NCBI GenBank assembly: GCA_964653915.1
Contig: CAZZGC010000002.1
Span: 1-41,438 of the forward strand
Length of the DNA: 41,438 bases
Direction: 5' to 3'
Source of the DNA: an uncultured Thermodesulfovibrio sp.
Lineage (GTDB): Bacteria > Nitrospirota > Thermodesulfovibrionia > UBA6902
Shown piece by piece: positions 9,208 to 18,461 of this stretch (position 1 is the stretch's first letter; each line of letters starts with the position of its first letter). The notes beneath the pieces were generated by a model. It had not been told where the DNA came from. It ran no database searches and saw only the letters and a program-made list of their open reading frames with translations. The position numbers and the translations under genes were made by a program.

Positions 9208-10261
9208 TGTTCGCCTCCTTTATAAGGACAGAGAAATCCACCTTGCCATCGACCGCTGCATTGGATTCAAGAACCTTTGCACTGCCGAATATGCCGGCAA
9301 GAGCACTCTTCATCCTGTCGATCTGCTCAAACGAACCGGCTTTTCCCTTGATGATGATGGAGCCGGATTCAGCGGTCAGTTCATTCAGTATTATTCCTTT
9401 ATGCTCAGCGGTCGATATTTTCATGAGTATTTCCAGGGCCGGTATCCCTGCAAGGGCGTTCATCTTCTTTTCGGCAGCCCGTAACTTCGATTGGAACTGC
9501 CTGCCGGGATCAATGATCTTTTTGTCTCCGGGGAAGACATCTCTATAGCTCCTGCGAAGCTGATCCGACAGAGACTCACCGTACTTTCGGGCAGAATAAT
9601 AGCTAATGGAGAAATGTCCTGCAACAGCTATGATAAGAAAAAGCACGAGTACGGATGTCAGTTTCAGCCCCTTTTTGATCCGCTCGATGTCGCCGGTATA
9701 GGAGAACTCATCCTGCCTGAGGTTTATAGCAGGAGAGTCGAATTGGTCTTCTGCGGCCCGGGCTCTGGCGGATGTATCGGTGACTATATTGCCGCTAATA
9801 AGATCTTCACCTGTATCTTTCATAGCTATGTCGAGTGACGTCACTATACGCGGCTCGATCCTTGCCGATGAGTACAGGTCAAGTATCTCCCCCATTCTCT
9901 TCTTTTCGAGGCATACCGCCAGCACACGGGTCGTGTCGTTGCTGTCGATCATCCTGTGGTCAACCAGATAATCCGACACACTGCCGAGCAGAGAGCCTTC
10001 GAGTTCGTACCTCAGCGTATCGCTGATCTTTCCACGGTCCGAAAAGGGAAACTCTAATTCCCTGAATGCCAGTTCCTCCACAGGCAGGCTGAGAACCGTC
10101 TCGACTACGCCGCAGGAGGCGATTGCATTCAGTTCGTCCGGGGCTGGTTCAGCTTTTTCAGAAATCCTGACCGTTTCTGAAAGAACTAATTTGCCGCCTT
10201 CCTTTTCGAAGACGAACAGGTTGACACCCTGAGATGTCCAGTCTATGAAACCTTTCTTCAT
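9197..10261 (-). CDS. gspL: T2SS cluster 1: GspL-like bitopic protein
   Basis: 354 aa. It has a cytoplasmic PilM/GspL-like part ('DTLRYELEGSLLGSVSDYLVDH'), then 'INLRQDEF', a TM ('LTSVLVLFLIIAVAGHF') and a periplasmic domain. Its ATG overlaps the gspK stop (TAATG). Confidence 0.65.
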   Translation of the reverse strand: MKKGFIDWTSQGVNLFVFEKEGGKLVLSETVRISEKAEPAPDELNAIASCGVVETVLSLPVEELAFRELEFPFSDRGKISDTLRYELEGSLLGSVSDYLVDHRMIDSNDTTRVLAVCLEKKRMGEILDLYSSARIEPRIVTSLDIAMKDTGEDLISGNIVTDTSARARAAEDQFDSPAINLRQDEFSYTGDIERIKKGLKLTSVLVLFLIIAVAGHFSISYYSARKYGESLSDQLRRSYRDVFPGDKKIIDPGRQFQSKLRAAEKKMNALAGIPALEILMKISTAEHKGIILNELTAESGSIIIKGKAGSFEQIDRMKSALAGIFGSAKVLESNAAVDGKVDFSVLIKEANNEN

Positions 10262-11163
10262 TATCCTTCCCGCCAGTAATAAACGGTTCGTGATGTATCG
10301 GTGACGCTCTCTATTGTTCTCGGAACCGCATTGACAGAGGCTTTTGAAATTACTCTGAATGTCGATGATTTTACCGTTATTCTGTCAAGGATGCTGATAC
10401 CCACGGCTTCAAGACCGGCGACGCGCACAATATGATTTTTGTCATGAAATGGTGCACTCTCTCTGTAATCTATTATTCTTCGGGCCATATCGCCGGTCAT
10501 GTCCTTGCTGAGGCATTGCAGGACCGCCTGGTCTGCCGTGTTTATATTTATCAGGCCGCTGCCGAATACGGTCACAAGTGGCTGCAGTTTCCTCAGTCCT
10601 TCGCTGTCGATACCCCTGATGAGCGCAAGTTCTTCAGCACTCCATAAAAATCTGTTCGCCGCCTCCTCTTCTGAACCGGCGGATCTCGGCTCAGAATCCG
10701 GGTCAATCCAGTCCGCTGCAAAAAAGGCGAAATCCGGATTAATATTAAGATATTCAAGTAGCTTTTGCAAGGAAGCAAGGGCCTTGTCATTGGTCCGTCC
10801 ATTTGGATAGATGATGCTGTTTATATTGAATTTTCTGTTTTCATCCTCTATCTTGACTGAAAGTTCAGTGCCTTCTTCGAATACTGGGGGAACCGGCAGA
10901 AAAACGTAGGGTTCTGCGGTATATGATTCGTTCGTTACTTCCTGGATCAGTCTCGCGGCAATGTTCTGGCCGGACCGTGCAATATAGGATGCCTTCTGGG
11001 CATTGGCCCAGTTTGAGAAGCCGGAGGAGTCCACGAAGACCTCGTAAGCGAATTCGGTGGCCAGCCCCACAAGTATGGTAACGAGGAGGAGCGTAATAAT
11101 CAGAACGGAACCGCTTTCATCTGCGGCCAAAGTTTTGTATGAAGGTCCGCATCGGAATTTCAC
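10261..11163 (-). CDS. gspK: T2SS cluster 1: minor pseudopilin GspK
   Basis: 300 aa with a hydrophobic N-terminus lacking Glu5 ('GSVLIITLLLVTILVGLATEFAY'). It carries the GspK motif 'IEDENRKFNINS' and a helix-hairpin-helix-like C-terminal half. Confidence 0.8.
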   Translation of the reverse strand: MKFRCGPSYKTLAADESGSVLIITLLLVTILVGLATEFAYEVFVDSSGFSNWANAQKASYIARSGQNIAARLIQEVTNESYTAEPYVFLPVPPVFEEGTELSVKIEDENRKFNINSIIYPNGRTNDKALASLQKLLEYLNINPDFAFFAADWIDPDSEPRSAGSEEEAANRFLWSAEELALIRGIDSEGLRKLQPLVTVFGSGLININTADQAVLQCLSKDMTGDMARRIIDYRESAPFHDKNHIVRVAGLEAVGISILDRITVKSSTFRVISKASVNAVPRTIESVTDTSRTVYYWREG

Positions 11164-11843
11164 AGTTTCCTCCCGATCATGGGTTGTGCGTATTCGGTCA
11201 GGTCAACAACCTTTTCGTTTTCCCCGGAACGGCTGGACTCGGGGCGGAATCTTATACTGATACGGACGGATTCGGGCAGTTTGCCGGTGTCGGATGCGTT
11301 CCATGTCCTGACCCACTTTCCTCTGAAAAAGGCCTCTATCGAAAAAGAATCTATATCTTCTATCATTGTTACCGTGACGGGAGCGCTTGTGCCGGATGGA
11401 GGCACTTCTGTCTTTAGCAGAAGCAGTTTCCCGTCCTGATTCTCCACAGAATAGACAGCTTCGATCAGACCGCCACCCCGAAAGGAGTAGGCGGTCAGCT
11501 TCAGAACAGAGGCACTCCTGCCGAAAATGTCCCTGTCTTCGATGATGAAATCCACTCCGTTTCCGGTAGCCGGCCGGCCGGCTTCCTCAAAGATTGCGCT
11601 TTCGATCTCACGTCTCATCATGTCAAGAGTTGTTCTCACCTCATGATACTTGAGCGCCACACCGTCATAACGATCAAGGGCCCGCTGAACAGAAAAATAG
11701 GAAGCGTAAAGGGCGCCTACCACGATAGTGAGAAGAGATACGCTGACAAGAACCTCCACAAGAGTAAATGCTTCCGTGCCACCGGATGTCAATGGTCCGG
11801 TCTGCGCACAGGCGTCGTCATGGGGTGACAGGCGAACCGTCAT
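11160..11843 (-). CDS. gspJ: T2SS cluster 1: minor pseudopilin GspJ-like
   Basis: 227 aa with prepilin-type N-terminus '...GGTEA|FTLVEVLVSVSLL' (Ala at -1). Size and position fit GspJ. Confidence 0.7.
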   Translation of the reverse strand: MTVRLSPHDDACAQTGPLTSGGTEAFTLVEVLVSVSLLTIVVGALYASYFSVQRALDRYDGVALKYHEVRTTLDMMRREIESAIFEEAGRPATGNGVDFIIEDRDIFGRSASVLKLTAYSFRGGGLIEAVYSVENQDGKLLLLKTEVPPSGTSAPVTVTMIEDIDSFSIEAFFRGKWVRTWNASDTGKLPESVRISIRFRPESSRSGENEKVVDLTEYAQPMIGRKL

Positions 11844-12205
11844 TGTCCGCCTTCCATCCTGAACTGCACCAGACTCACCGATTCCCCTTCACCGCTTACC
11901 GTCGTCGTCAATTGCACAATGCCGGTATGACGGTCGATTCGTACCCTGTTAGTGAAAACAAACCGGTCGCCGGCCTTGCCCTCGGTTTCGACCGGTTTTT
12001 CCTGCAGTTCTTTCATTTTTTCCTTCGCGAGCTGATACATTATCGTCTTTTGCGTATTTCTGTAGAGTATGTCTGAATGATAGTTGACCGTCTGAAGGAC
12101 AGCCGCAAGGGCAAGCCCTATGATCGCCAGTGATATCATCACCTCCAGAAGTGTGAAGCCCGACGGCTGCGTGGCATGAGAAGGATCAGATCTTGTAACC
12201 TTCAT
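11840..12205 (-). CDS. gspI: T2SS cluster 1: minor pseudopilin GspI-like
   Basis: 121 aa with 'QPSG|FTLLEVMISLAIIGL'. Size and position fit GspI. Confidence 0.7.
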   Translation of the reverse strand: MKVTRSDPSHATQPSGFTLLEVMISLAIIGLALAAVLQTVNYHSDILYRNTQKTIMYQLAKEKMKELQEKPVETEGKAGDRFVFTNRVRIDRHTGIVQLTTTVSGEGESVSLVQFRMEGGQ

Positions 12206-12707
12206 ATACCTTTGCTCTCCCGTTCAGATGGTTGAAGATGACGGTAAATTCCGCTTCACCGCCCGACAGATGTATCGTCAGGGGCTCTTCCGGACCGGTG
12301 GGAGTGAAAGCGATTTTTATTTCACCCGACGATATCTCTCCCAGGGATGGTATGATCACGTCACTGATCATCACCTTTCGCTTCAGGGAAAAGTTTTTCG
12401 ATTCGGCCTCGCTTTCGTATCTCCACTGCCCTCTGTCTATATCGACCGTTAGTGTATAAGGAATCTTTCTGGTAATCGATTCGCCATATACGTAGCGAAG
12501 CGTCAATCCGATCCGCTTTGCGTCGGAGCGGGCGGCGGACTTCCCGGTTTCCATCAGGCGCGGTACGACGAGGGAAGATATCAGCCCGATGATGAACAGA
12601 ACGATTATGAGCTCTATCAGAGTGAAACCGCTTTTCGTCTTTAAAAGCAAACGATGTGCTTTCCCGTGTCCGTGCTTAGTCCACATCAATACTCGATATG
12701 TCCGCAT
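12186..12707 (-). CDS. gspH: T2SS cluster 1: minor pseudopilin GspH-like
   Basis: 173 aa with 'KTKSG|FTLIELIIVLFIIGLI'. The start may instead be Met8 (12686). Confidence 0.7.
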   Translation of the reverse strand: MRTYRVLMWTKHGHGKAHRLLLKTKSGFTLIELIIVLFIIGLISSLVVPRLMETGKSAARSDAKRIGLTLRYVYGESITRKIPYTLTVDIDRGQWRYESEAESKNFSLKRKVMISDVIIPSLGEISSGEIKIAFTPTGPEEPLTIHLSGGEAEFTVIFNHLNGRAKVYEGYKI

Positions 12708-13134
12708 CTATCCCCTTTCCGCCCGGAAGGCCGTCTGCACCGTAGCATATGATCTCATAATCGCCTGCCGTTGCGGGTGACATATATACAAATTCGTTCC
12801 CCCATGGATCAAGCGGCACCTCTCTCTTTCCGGTGTAGCCTCCCCGGCGGTAGTGTTCAGGAATCCTTCCGGTATCGGGGGGCTCAACGAGGGCATGCAG
12901 GCCCTGTTCGGTAGACGGGTAGAATCCATTGTCGGCCCTGAAAGACCTGAGAGCGGTCTCGAAGTTCCTGATCTGTATCCTGGCGGCTGTTACCTTGGCC
13001 TCATCAGTCCGGTGTATCATGCGCGGCACAACGAGGGCGGCGAGCAGGCCGATAATGAATACCACGACGATCAGTTCGATTAGCGTGAATCCGCGTATGC
13101 GGCGGCGGGTGCTCTTTTGCTTCGTGATACTCAT
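12676..13134 (-). CDS. gspG: T2SS cluster 1: major pseudopilin GspG
   Basis: 152 aa. 'RIRG|FTLIELIVVVFIIGLLAALVVPR', 'YPSTEQGLHALV', 'DPWGNEFVY' and 'GADGLPGGKGIDADI' are classic GspG features. Confidence 0.92.
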   Translation of the reverse strand: MSITKQKSTRRRIRGFTLIELIVVVFIIGLLAALVVPRMIHRTDEAKVTAARIQIRNFETALRSFRADNGFYPSTEQGLHALVEPPDTGRIPEHYRRGGYTGKREVPLDPWGNEFVYMSPATAGDYEIICYGADGLPGGKGIDADISSIDVD

Positions 13135-14303
13135 TGCATGATCTGGTTAAGTTCGAAAATTGGCAGCAGCACCGCTACAACGATGAAGCCTACGATAAGT
13201 CCCATCAACAGGATCAGTGATGGTTCGAGCATGCCTATGAATCGCTGAAGGCGCCTGTCAAACTCCTCTTCATAGGTTGCGGCTGACTTCTGGAGCAGCT
13301 CGGGTAATCTTCCGGTCTGCTCCCCCGTAGACATTATTTGCAGCAGAGTGGGCGGGAATCCGCTGAGGCTTCCTGAGAGTGATGCTCCCTGTGACACACG
13401 GGATTCGGCTGCCGTTATTATCTTTTCAATGTGTGCGTTGCCGACCGCCTTGGCTGTAAGTTGCAGGGATTTGAGAATGGGGAGCCCCCCGGAAAGGAGG
13501 AACCCGAGTGTCAGACAGAAGCGGAGCATGTAGAGGCTCATTACTGTCCCTGTCGGCTCAAGAAGAATTAGTCTGTCGAAGAATTCCCTGTTTCGCTCCC
13601 GCGCCTTGCCGGTAAGCCAGAGCGCGCCGAGGATGAGCAGGACGATCAGCCACCAGAACTTTCTGAAAAAGGCGCTTACCCAGATCAGAACTACGGTAAT
13701 CATGGGAAGCGCTGTCGATGTGTCTTCGAATACGCGCGTAATCTTCGGGATAACGAATGTGAAGAGGAAGAACAGGATAACGATGCTTATGCAGGCCATG
13801 AATGAAGGATATATGAGCGCCGTTCTGACGCGGCTCTTGATGCTGACGTCGGTTTCAAGGTAATCAGCGAGTTTCGTCAGGACTTCATCAAGCCTTCCGC
13901 TCGATTCTCCCGCCGCGATCATGCCTGTATAGAAATCAGGGAATATCTCCGGATGGCTCTGCATGGCTCTGTCGAGAGAAGAGCCGCCGGCAAGCGCATC
14001 TTTCAGGTCAACCAGTATTGTTTTCCACTGTCCTTTCTGTTCGTTTGAGAGGGCGCTGAATGCATCTATGAGCGGAACGCCGGATGTGTGCAAGGTGGCA
14101 AGCCTTCTGGTCATATCCGCCAGTATATGAGGTGAGGGGCGAAACAGAGTTAATCTCTTTTGTGAGCCCGACTCGATTACCTCTTTGGGGAAGATCCCCT
14201 GAGCCTTCAGTTTCAGTACCGCATCACTTCGGTTGTCCGCTTCGATGACGCCTTCGGCCCGAGAGCCGCTGTCGCTGTATCCCTTATATCTGAAAATCGG
14301 CAT
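13131..14303 (-). CDS. gspF: T2SS cluster 1: platform protein GspF
   Basis: 390 aa with two GspF/PilC repeats and 3 TM segments. The N-terminus 'FRYKGYSDSGSRAEGVIEADNRSDAVLKLKAQGIFP' is typical. Confidence 0.92.
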   Translation of the reverse strand: MPIFRYKGYSDSGSRAEGVIEADNRSDAVLKLKAQGIFPKEVIESGSQKRLTLFRPSPHILADMTRRLATLHTSGVPLIDAFSALSNEQKGQWKTILVDLKDALAGGSSLDRAMQSHPEIFPDFYTGMIAAGESSGRLDEVLTKLADYLETDVSIKSRVRTALIYPSFMACISIVILFFLFTFVIPKITRVFEDTSTALPMITVVLIWVSAFFRKFWWLIVLLILGALWLTGKARERNREFFDRLILLEPTGTVMSLYMLRFCLTLGFLLSGGLPILKSLQLTAKAVGNAHIEKIITAAESRVSQGASLSGSLSGFPPTLLQIMSTGEQTGRLPELLQKSAATYEEEFDRRLQRFIGMLEPSLILLMGLIVGFIVVAVLLPIFELNQIMQ

Positions 14304-14346
14304 TTGTTCTGATCTCGATCATCACTCACTAATTACCATACTCCTG

Positions 14347-15870
14347 TCAGATGAACGTCCGGCTGTCCCGGTGTGTTAGTCGAAGCACCTCCTCGATGGT
14401 GGTGACCCCGTTGACTATCTTCTCCGTAGAGTTCTGCTGAAGTGTTTTGAAGCCCTGGGCTACAGCGGCTTCCCTGATAGAAGAGGCGTCTTTTCGCTCG
14501 ATTATCATGGATCTGATATCGGGGGTTATTTCGAGCAATTCATATATACCGGTCCTGCCGAGATAACCTTTTCCCGTACACCGCTCGCATCCTCTGCCCC
14601 GGAACAGGTGAGAAGGGGGATCATGCATTCCGAGATAGGAGCGCTCCTGCCCGGTAGTCAGGTATTTTTCCCTGCAGTGAGGGCATATCATCCTTACCAG
14701 GCGCTGGGCCAGTACACAAATCAGTGATGAAGAGACAAGGAACGGCTCTATTCCCATGTCGAACAGGCGGGTAATCGCGCTCGGCGCATCATTCGTATGC
14801 AGTGTGCTGAGTACGAGATGGCCGGTCAGGGAGGCGTGAACAGCTATTTCCGCGGTCTCCCTGTCTCTTATTTCACCTACCATCATAATGTCCGGGTCCT
14901 GCCTCAGTATGGATCTGAGGCCTGCCGAAAAGGTGAGCCCGATTTTTGGATTGACCGGAATCTGTCCGATACCGTTAAGCTGGTATTCAACCGGGTCTTC
15001 AACAGTAATAATGTTTTTGTCTCCCGAGTTGAGCCTTAAAAGCGATGCGTAAAGGGTTGTAGTCTTACCGGATCCGGTCGGTCCTGTGACGAGAATAATC
15101 CCGTTATGCCTGGCCAGGAGTCTCTTGAAATCGTTAAGGGTGTCATCCGAGAACCCGAGCATCTCCAGGCTGAGCACTCCGGTTTGCCGGTCAAGCAGTC
15201 TCAACACGGCACGCTCACCCATCGCTGTGGGAATGATCGATACCCTTATGTCGATATTCTTGCCGCCTATCAGGAGGTTGATTCTGCCGTCCTGGGGCAG
15301 TCTTTTTTCTGCGATATCGAGTCCGGCAATTATCTTGATTCGTGATATCAGTGCATCATGGATAATTCGCGGTGGTTGAAGGACTTTGTGGAGAATGCCG
15401 TCTATTCTGAAACGTACATCGATGCCCTGTTCGTATGGCTCGATATGGATGTCGCTGGCTTTTTCCTTGACCGCTTCCATAAGCAGGGCGTTCAGCAGCC
15501 TGATTATCGGGGCCTCTTCTGTCAGTTCGAGCAGGTCCCTGGGAGATTCGAACTCGGTGGCGATCATCGAGAGATCTTCACCCCGGATTTCTCCCATGAC
15601 CTCCTCGGCACGTGTTGCCCGGCTGTAAATTCTGTTTATGGCTTCGATGATAATTTGCTCATCCATCGTGACCGGCGATGGCTTGAGCTTCATCTTCCGG
15701 GCAAGGTCCCGGAGCGCATAGATTCCCCTCTTGTCTGCTACGGCGGCTATCAACTTGTCACCCTCTTTCTTCAGAGGGAGGAAAACGTTGCTTTTGACGA
15801 AAGTCAGTGAAAGGTCAGCCAGTAAAGCGTTGTCTATTTCTTCGTCTCTGATCTGCCCGATTTTTTCCAT
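14347..15870 (-). CDS. gspE: T2SS cluster 1: assembly ATPase GspE
   Basis: 507 aa with Walker A 'GPTGSGKTTTLYA', Asp box, Walker B 'IMMVGEIRD', His box 'GHLVLSTLHTNDA' and tetracysteine 'CPHC...CERC'. The N-terminal domain is a plain T2SSE_N type with no MshEN motif. Confidence 0.95.
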   Translation of the reverse strand: MEKIGQIRDEEIDNALLADLSLTFVKSNVFLPLKKEGDKLIAAVADKRGIYALRDLARKMKLKPSPVTMDEQIIIEAINRIYSRATRAEEVMGEIRGEDLSMIATEFESPRDLLELTEEAPIIRLLNALLMEAVKEKASDIHIEPYEQGIDVRFRIDGILHKVLQPPRIIHDALISRIKIIAGLDIAEKRLPQDGRINLLIGGKNIDIRVSIIPTAMGERAVLRLLDRQTGVLSLEMLGFSDDTLNDFKRLLARHNGIILVTGPTGSGKTTTLYASLLRLNSGDKNIITVEDPVEYQLNGIGQIPVNPKIGLTFSAGLRSILRQDPDIMMVGEIRDRETAEIAVHASLTGHLVLSTLHTNDAPSAITRLFDMGIEPFLVSSSLICVLAQRLVRMICPHCREKYLTTGQERSYLGMHDPPSHLFRGRGCERCTGKGYLGRTGIYELLEITPDIRSMIIERKDASSIREAAVAQGFKTLQQNSTEKIVNGVTTIEEVLRLTHRDSRTFI

Positions 15871-15873
15871 CTG

Positions 15874-18420
15874 TCAGCGGTCGTTCCTGTGCCTGATCAG
15901 AAGGGGATTGACATCGAAGCCGGCCTTGAGTTCCCGCACTATTCTGAGTCCTTCCTCACGTGTGTTGATTCCGGAGATGATGAGTTTATGAAAGCTTCCT
16001 TCGTCTTTCATGGATACAGCGGGGAAACGGGGTTTTATCTTTTCCATCTTTTCGATGGCGTATTCCAGATGCTTCCATGCACCTATCTGGACACTGAATC
16101 TGCCCCTGCCCCTCTCTCGTACTGCTGCGGATGAGGACGGCTGCTCAGGTACGCCGGATTCTTTTTCTTTTTTCATACTGTTCGTAACGGTTTGATCAGA
16201 CCCTGCCGGGCTGTCTTCAGTATGAGGCGGACTGATGATGAGGGCCGGTGAGGGGGCTTGTCCAGGATCGGGCTGTCCGCCCTCTGTATCGATGGGTGAT
16301 GAAGCTTGTCTGCTGCTCTCAGGATCACCTTCCGCAGGTACGAACTGACTGTCCGGTGGCTCGGGGTCTTTTGCCTTAATCTGCGGGAAGAGCCCGCTGT
16401 TTTCCCCTACTTTTGTAACACCACCTGGAATGTCCCTCAGTCTTACTTTATAGTTGGGCTCGGCATATTCGACCTCGGGGATTCTGCTGAACTCAGCGAC
16501 AGCTTCCTCAACATCCTGGGCTGTGGATAGTTGCAGATGGTAGGCATTTAGTTCCCTGTAATAGTGGATTACAGAAGCTTTATTTGCCTCTATTATGCGC
16601 AGGGCGTTTTCCGGGGGAATATCTTTGCGAAATCGAACCAGCAGCTCGCCCATATTGTAGAACTTTTCAGTCTTGACAAAAAAGTTGTGCTTTTCCCTCG
16701 TGATTTCTGCCAGCTCCGGAGACTCCTTCACCACATGGGGCGAAAGAAAAACCAGGAGATTGGTCTTGCTCTTGGTAACATTTTTATGCTTGAACAGCCA
16801 TCCTATGACAGGAATGTCTCCCAGAATAGGAGCTTTGGTAATGCTTTCCTCTTCACGTTCCTGCATTAATCCGCCTATGACGACCGTATGACCGTCTCTG
16901 ACGATTACCGTCGTCCTGGTGGAACGCTTTGTTGTTGTAGGCCCTACAGTTGTCAGAATTTCCTCCGACGTATCCTTGACTGCGGAGATCTCCTGGAATA
17001 TATCGAGCTTTACATAATCGCCATCAGTTATCTGCGGTGTGATCCTGAGCTTGATTCCCACATCGGTCCTCTCGATCGAGTTCAGTACAGTGTTGCTTGT
17101 GGTTGCATCCCGCTCTCTTTGAGATATAAAAGGCACGTTTTCACCCACAAGGATTTCAGCCTCCTGGTTGTCGGAGGTGAGTATCTGCGGGGTAGACAGT
17201 AAATTTACGGCGTTTCTGAAATCGTTCAGGCTGAATAACGCGGCAAAGCCCGGAACTGTGAGTGTCTGTACCGATACTGTCCCGTCCGAGCCGATACTTG
17301 TAACAGGAATATCGAGGAAGTTTCCCATGCCGCCGGCCGAGAAGCCTGCCAGACCGGAGATGATATCTATGACAGTGGATGAACTTATGTTCCCGAACCC
17401 TCCGATAACGATAGGCTCCTCTTCGCTCCGTGCAATGGCACGCCAGCGCGTACCGAGGGCACGGAGTTTGTCAATGGACGCCTCTATGATCATGGCTTCC
17501 ACATAGACCTGTTTGCGTTTTCTGTCAAGTGTCTTTATCACCTTTGCAATGTTCCTGTATTCTGCCGGAGGAGCCACAATGATCAAGGAGTTGGTGGCCT
17601 TGTCAGGTGTCACATTCAACACCGGCGGGGTGCTTCTTTTTCCATTGGGAGCTGCCTGCCGGACGGTCTTCATGGCACTTCGGATATCCTTGATGATCCC
17701 CTGAAGCACCTTGGCAAGGTCTTCGGCATTTGCGTGTTCAAGGAAATACACATTTATTTTTGCAGGCTCTTCCCTGACTGACGGTCTGTCTATGGCCTTC
17801 AGTATGGAACTGATCTTTTCAATGTTCATTGCCGAGTCCACCACGAGAAGGAGGTTGCGCGGTCCGAATGCAGAAATATGTCCGTCTCTCGACACCACAG
17901 GCCGCAGGAACTTTAACGCATCTTCGGCCTTTATGTTTTTTGTTTCAATCAATTTTGTTATGTACGATTCGTTGACGGGTGCTTTAGCGTCTCCGGGGAT
18001 TATTCCGGCCTGTTTGGCGAGCGAAGAGGGGATAATCTTGTAAGTACGGGCGGCTGTGGGTATGACGGTATATCCCTTCAGGCTCAGCACTGATGTAAAG
18101 AGAGAGAAGGATTCTTCGACCGTAAGTTTGGTAGGGGCGATAATGGTTATCTTGCCCCGAATCTTGTCGTCGAAGATAAAGTTATACCCTGTAATGTCGC
18201 TTATGAACTTTATGACCGTTGGAAGATCGACATTAATGAACTTGAAAGCTATGCCTCCGTTGATGTCGGCCTCCATTTTTTTATCCTCTTCGGAGGCTGC
18301 ATAACCCGAAAAGGAAAGGGCCGGCACTATCAGCATTGCCGCGATGATGATGAAAATATTGATCTTTTTATATGACATACTCATACGTATGTTTATCGGC
18401 AGATTGAAGGTTTTTATCAA
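15874..18420 (-). CDS. gspD: T2SS cluster 1: secretin GspD with long C-terminal extension
   Basis: 848 aa with signal/anchor, N0-N3 domains ('FKFINVDLPTVIKFISDITGYNFIFD') and a secretin core ('VVIGGLMQE...PILGDIPVIGWLFK'). About 260 extra C-terminal residues follow. The start is probably Met13/15 (18384/18378). Confidence 0.9.
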   Translation of the reverse strand: MIKTFNLPINIRMSMSYKKINIFIIIAAMLIVPALSFSGYAASEEDKKMEADINGGIAFKFINVDLPTVIKFISDITGYNFIFDDKIRGKITIIAPTKLTVEESFSLFTSVLSLKGYTVIPTAARTYKIIPSSLAKQAGIIPGDAKAPVNESYITKLIETKNIKAEDALKFLRPVVSRDGHISAFGPRNLLLVVDSAMNIEKISSILKAIDRPSVREEPAKINVYFLEHANAEDLAKVLQGIIKDIRSAMKTVRQAAPNGKRSTPPVLNVTPDKATNSLIIVAPPAEYRNIAKVIKTLDRKRKQVYVEAMIIEASIDKLRALGTRWRAIARSEEEPIVIGGFGNISSSTVIDIISGLAGFSAGGMGNFLDIPVTSIGSDGTVSVQTLTVPGFAALFSLNDFRNAVNLLSTPQILTSDNQEAEILVGENVPFISQRERDATTSNTVLNSIERTDVGIKLRITPQITDGDYVKLDIFQEISAVKDTSEEILTTVGPTTTKRSTRTTVIVRDGHTVVIGGLMQEREEESITKAPILGDIPVIGWLFKHKNVTKSKTNLLVFLSPHVVKESPELAEITREKHNFFVKTEKFYNMGELLVRFRKDIPPENALRIIEANKASVIHYYRELNAYHLQLSTAQDVEEAVAEFSRIPEVEYAEPNYKVRLRDIPGGVTKVGENSGLFPQIKAKDPEPPDSQFVPAEGDPESSRQASSPIDTEGGQPDPGQAPSPALIISPPHTEDSPAGSDQTVTNSMKKEKESGVPEQPSSSAAVRERGRGRFSVQIGAWKHLEYAIEKMEKIKPRFPAVSMKDEGSFHKLIISGINTREEGLRIVRELKAGFDVNPLLIRHRNDR
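15895..16104 (-). other. SPOR-like (peptidoglycan-binding) domain at the C-terminus of gspD (aa 773-842)
   Basis: 'RFSVQIGAWKHLEYAIEKMEKIKPRFPAVSMKDEGSFHKLIISGINTREEGLRIVRELKAGFDVNPLLI' fits the two-half SPOR pattern (F/Y-x-VQ-x-GA-[FW]...A...L / ..[FY][HR][VL].[VI].G....EA......L...G). Recognised by eye only. Confidence 0.55.
16441..16650 (-). other. Subtilase-prodomain (inhibitor I9 / fervidolysin-like)-like module inside gspD (aa 591-660)
   Basis: 'GELLVRFRKDIPPENALRIIEANKASVIHYYRELNAYHLQLSTAQDVEEAVAEFSRIPEVEYAEPNYKVR'. The pattern, including the terminal 'VEYAEPNY', is that of S8-protease N-terminal prodomains. Recognised by eye only. Confidence 0.55.
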
Positions 18421-18461
18421 TTATCATGAATAACCGGACAATTGTCAATAATTCAAGGGGA

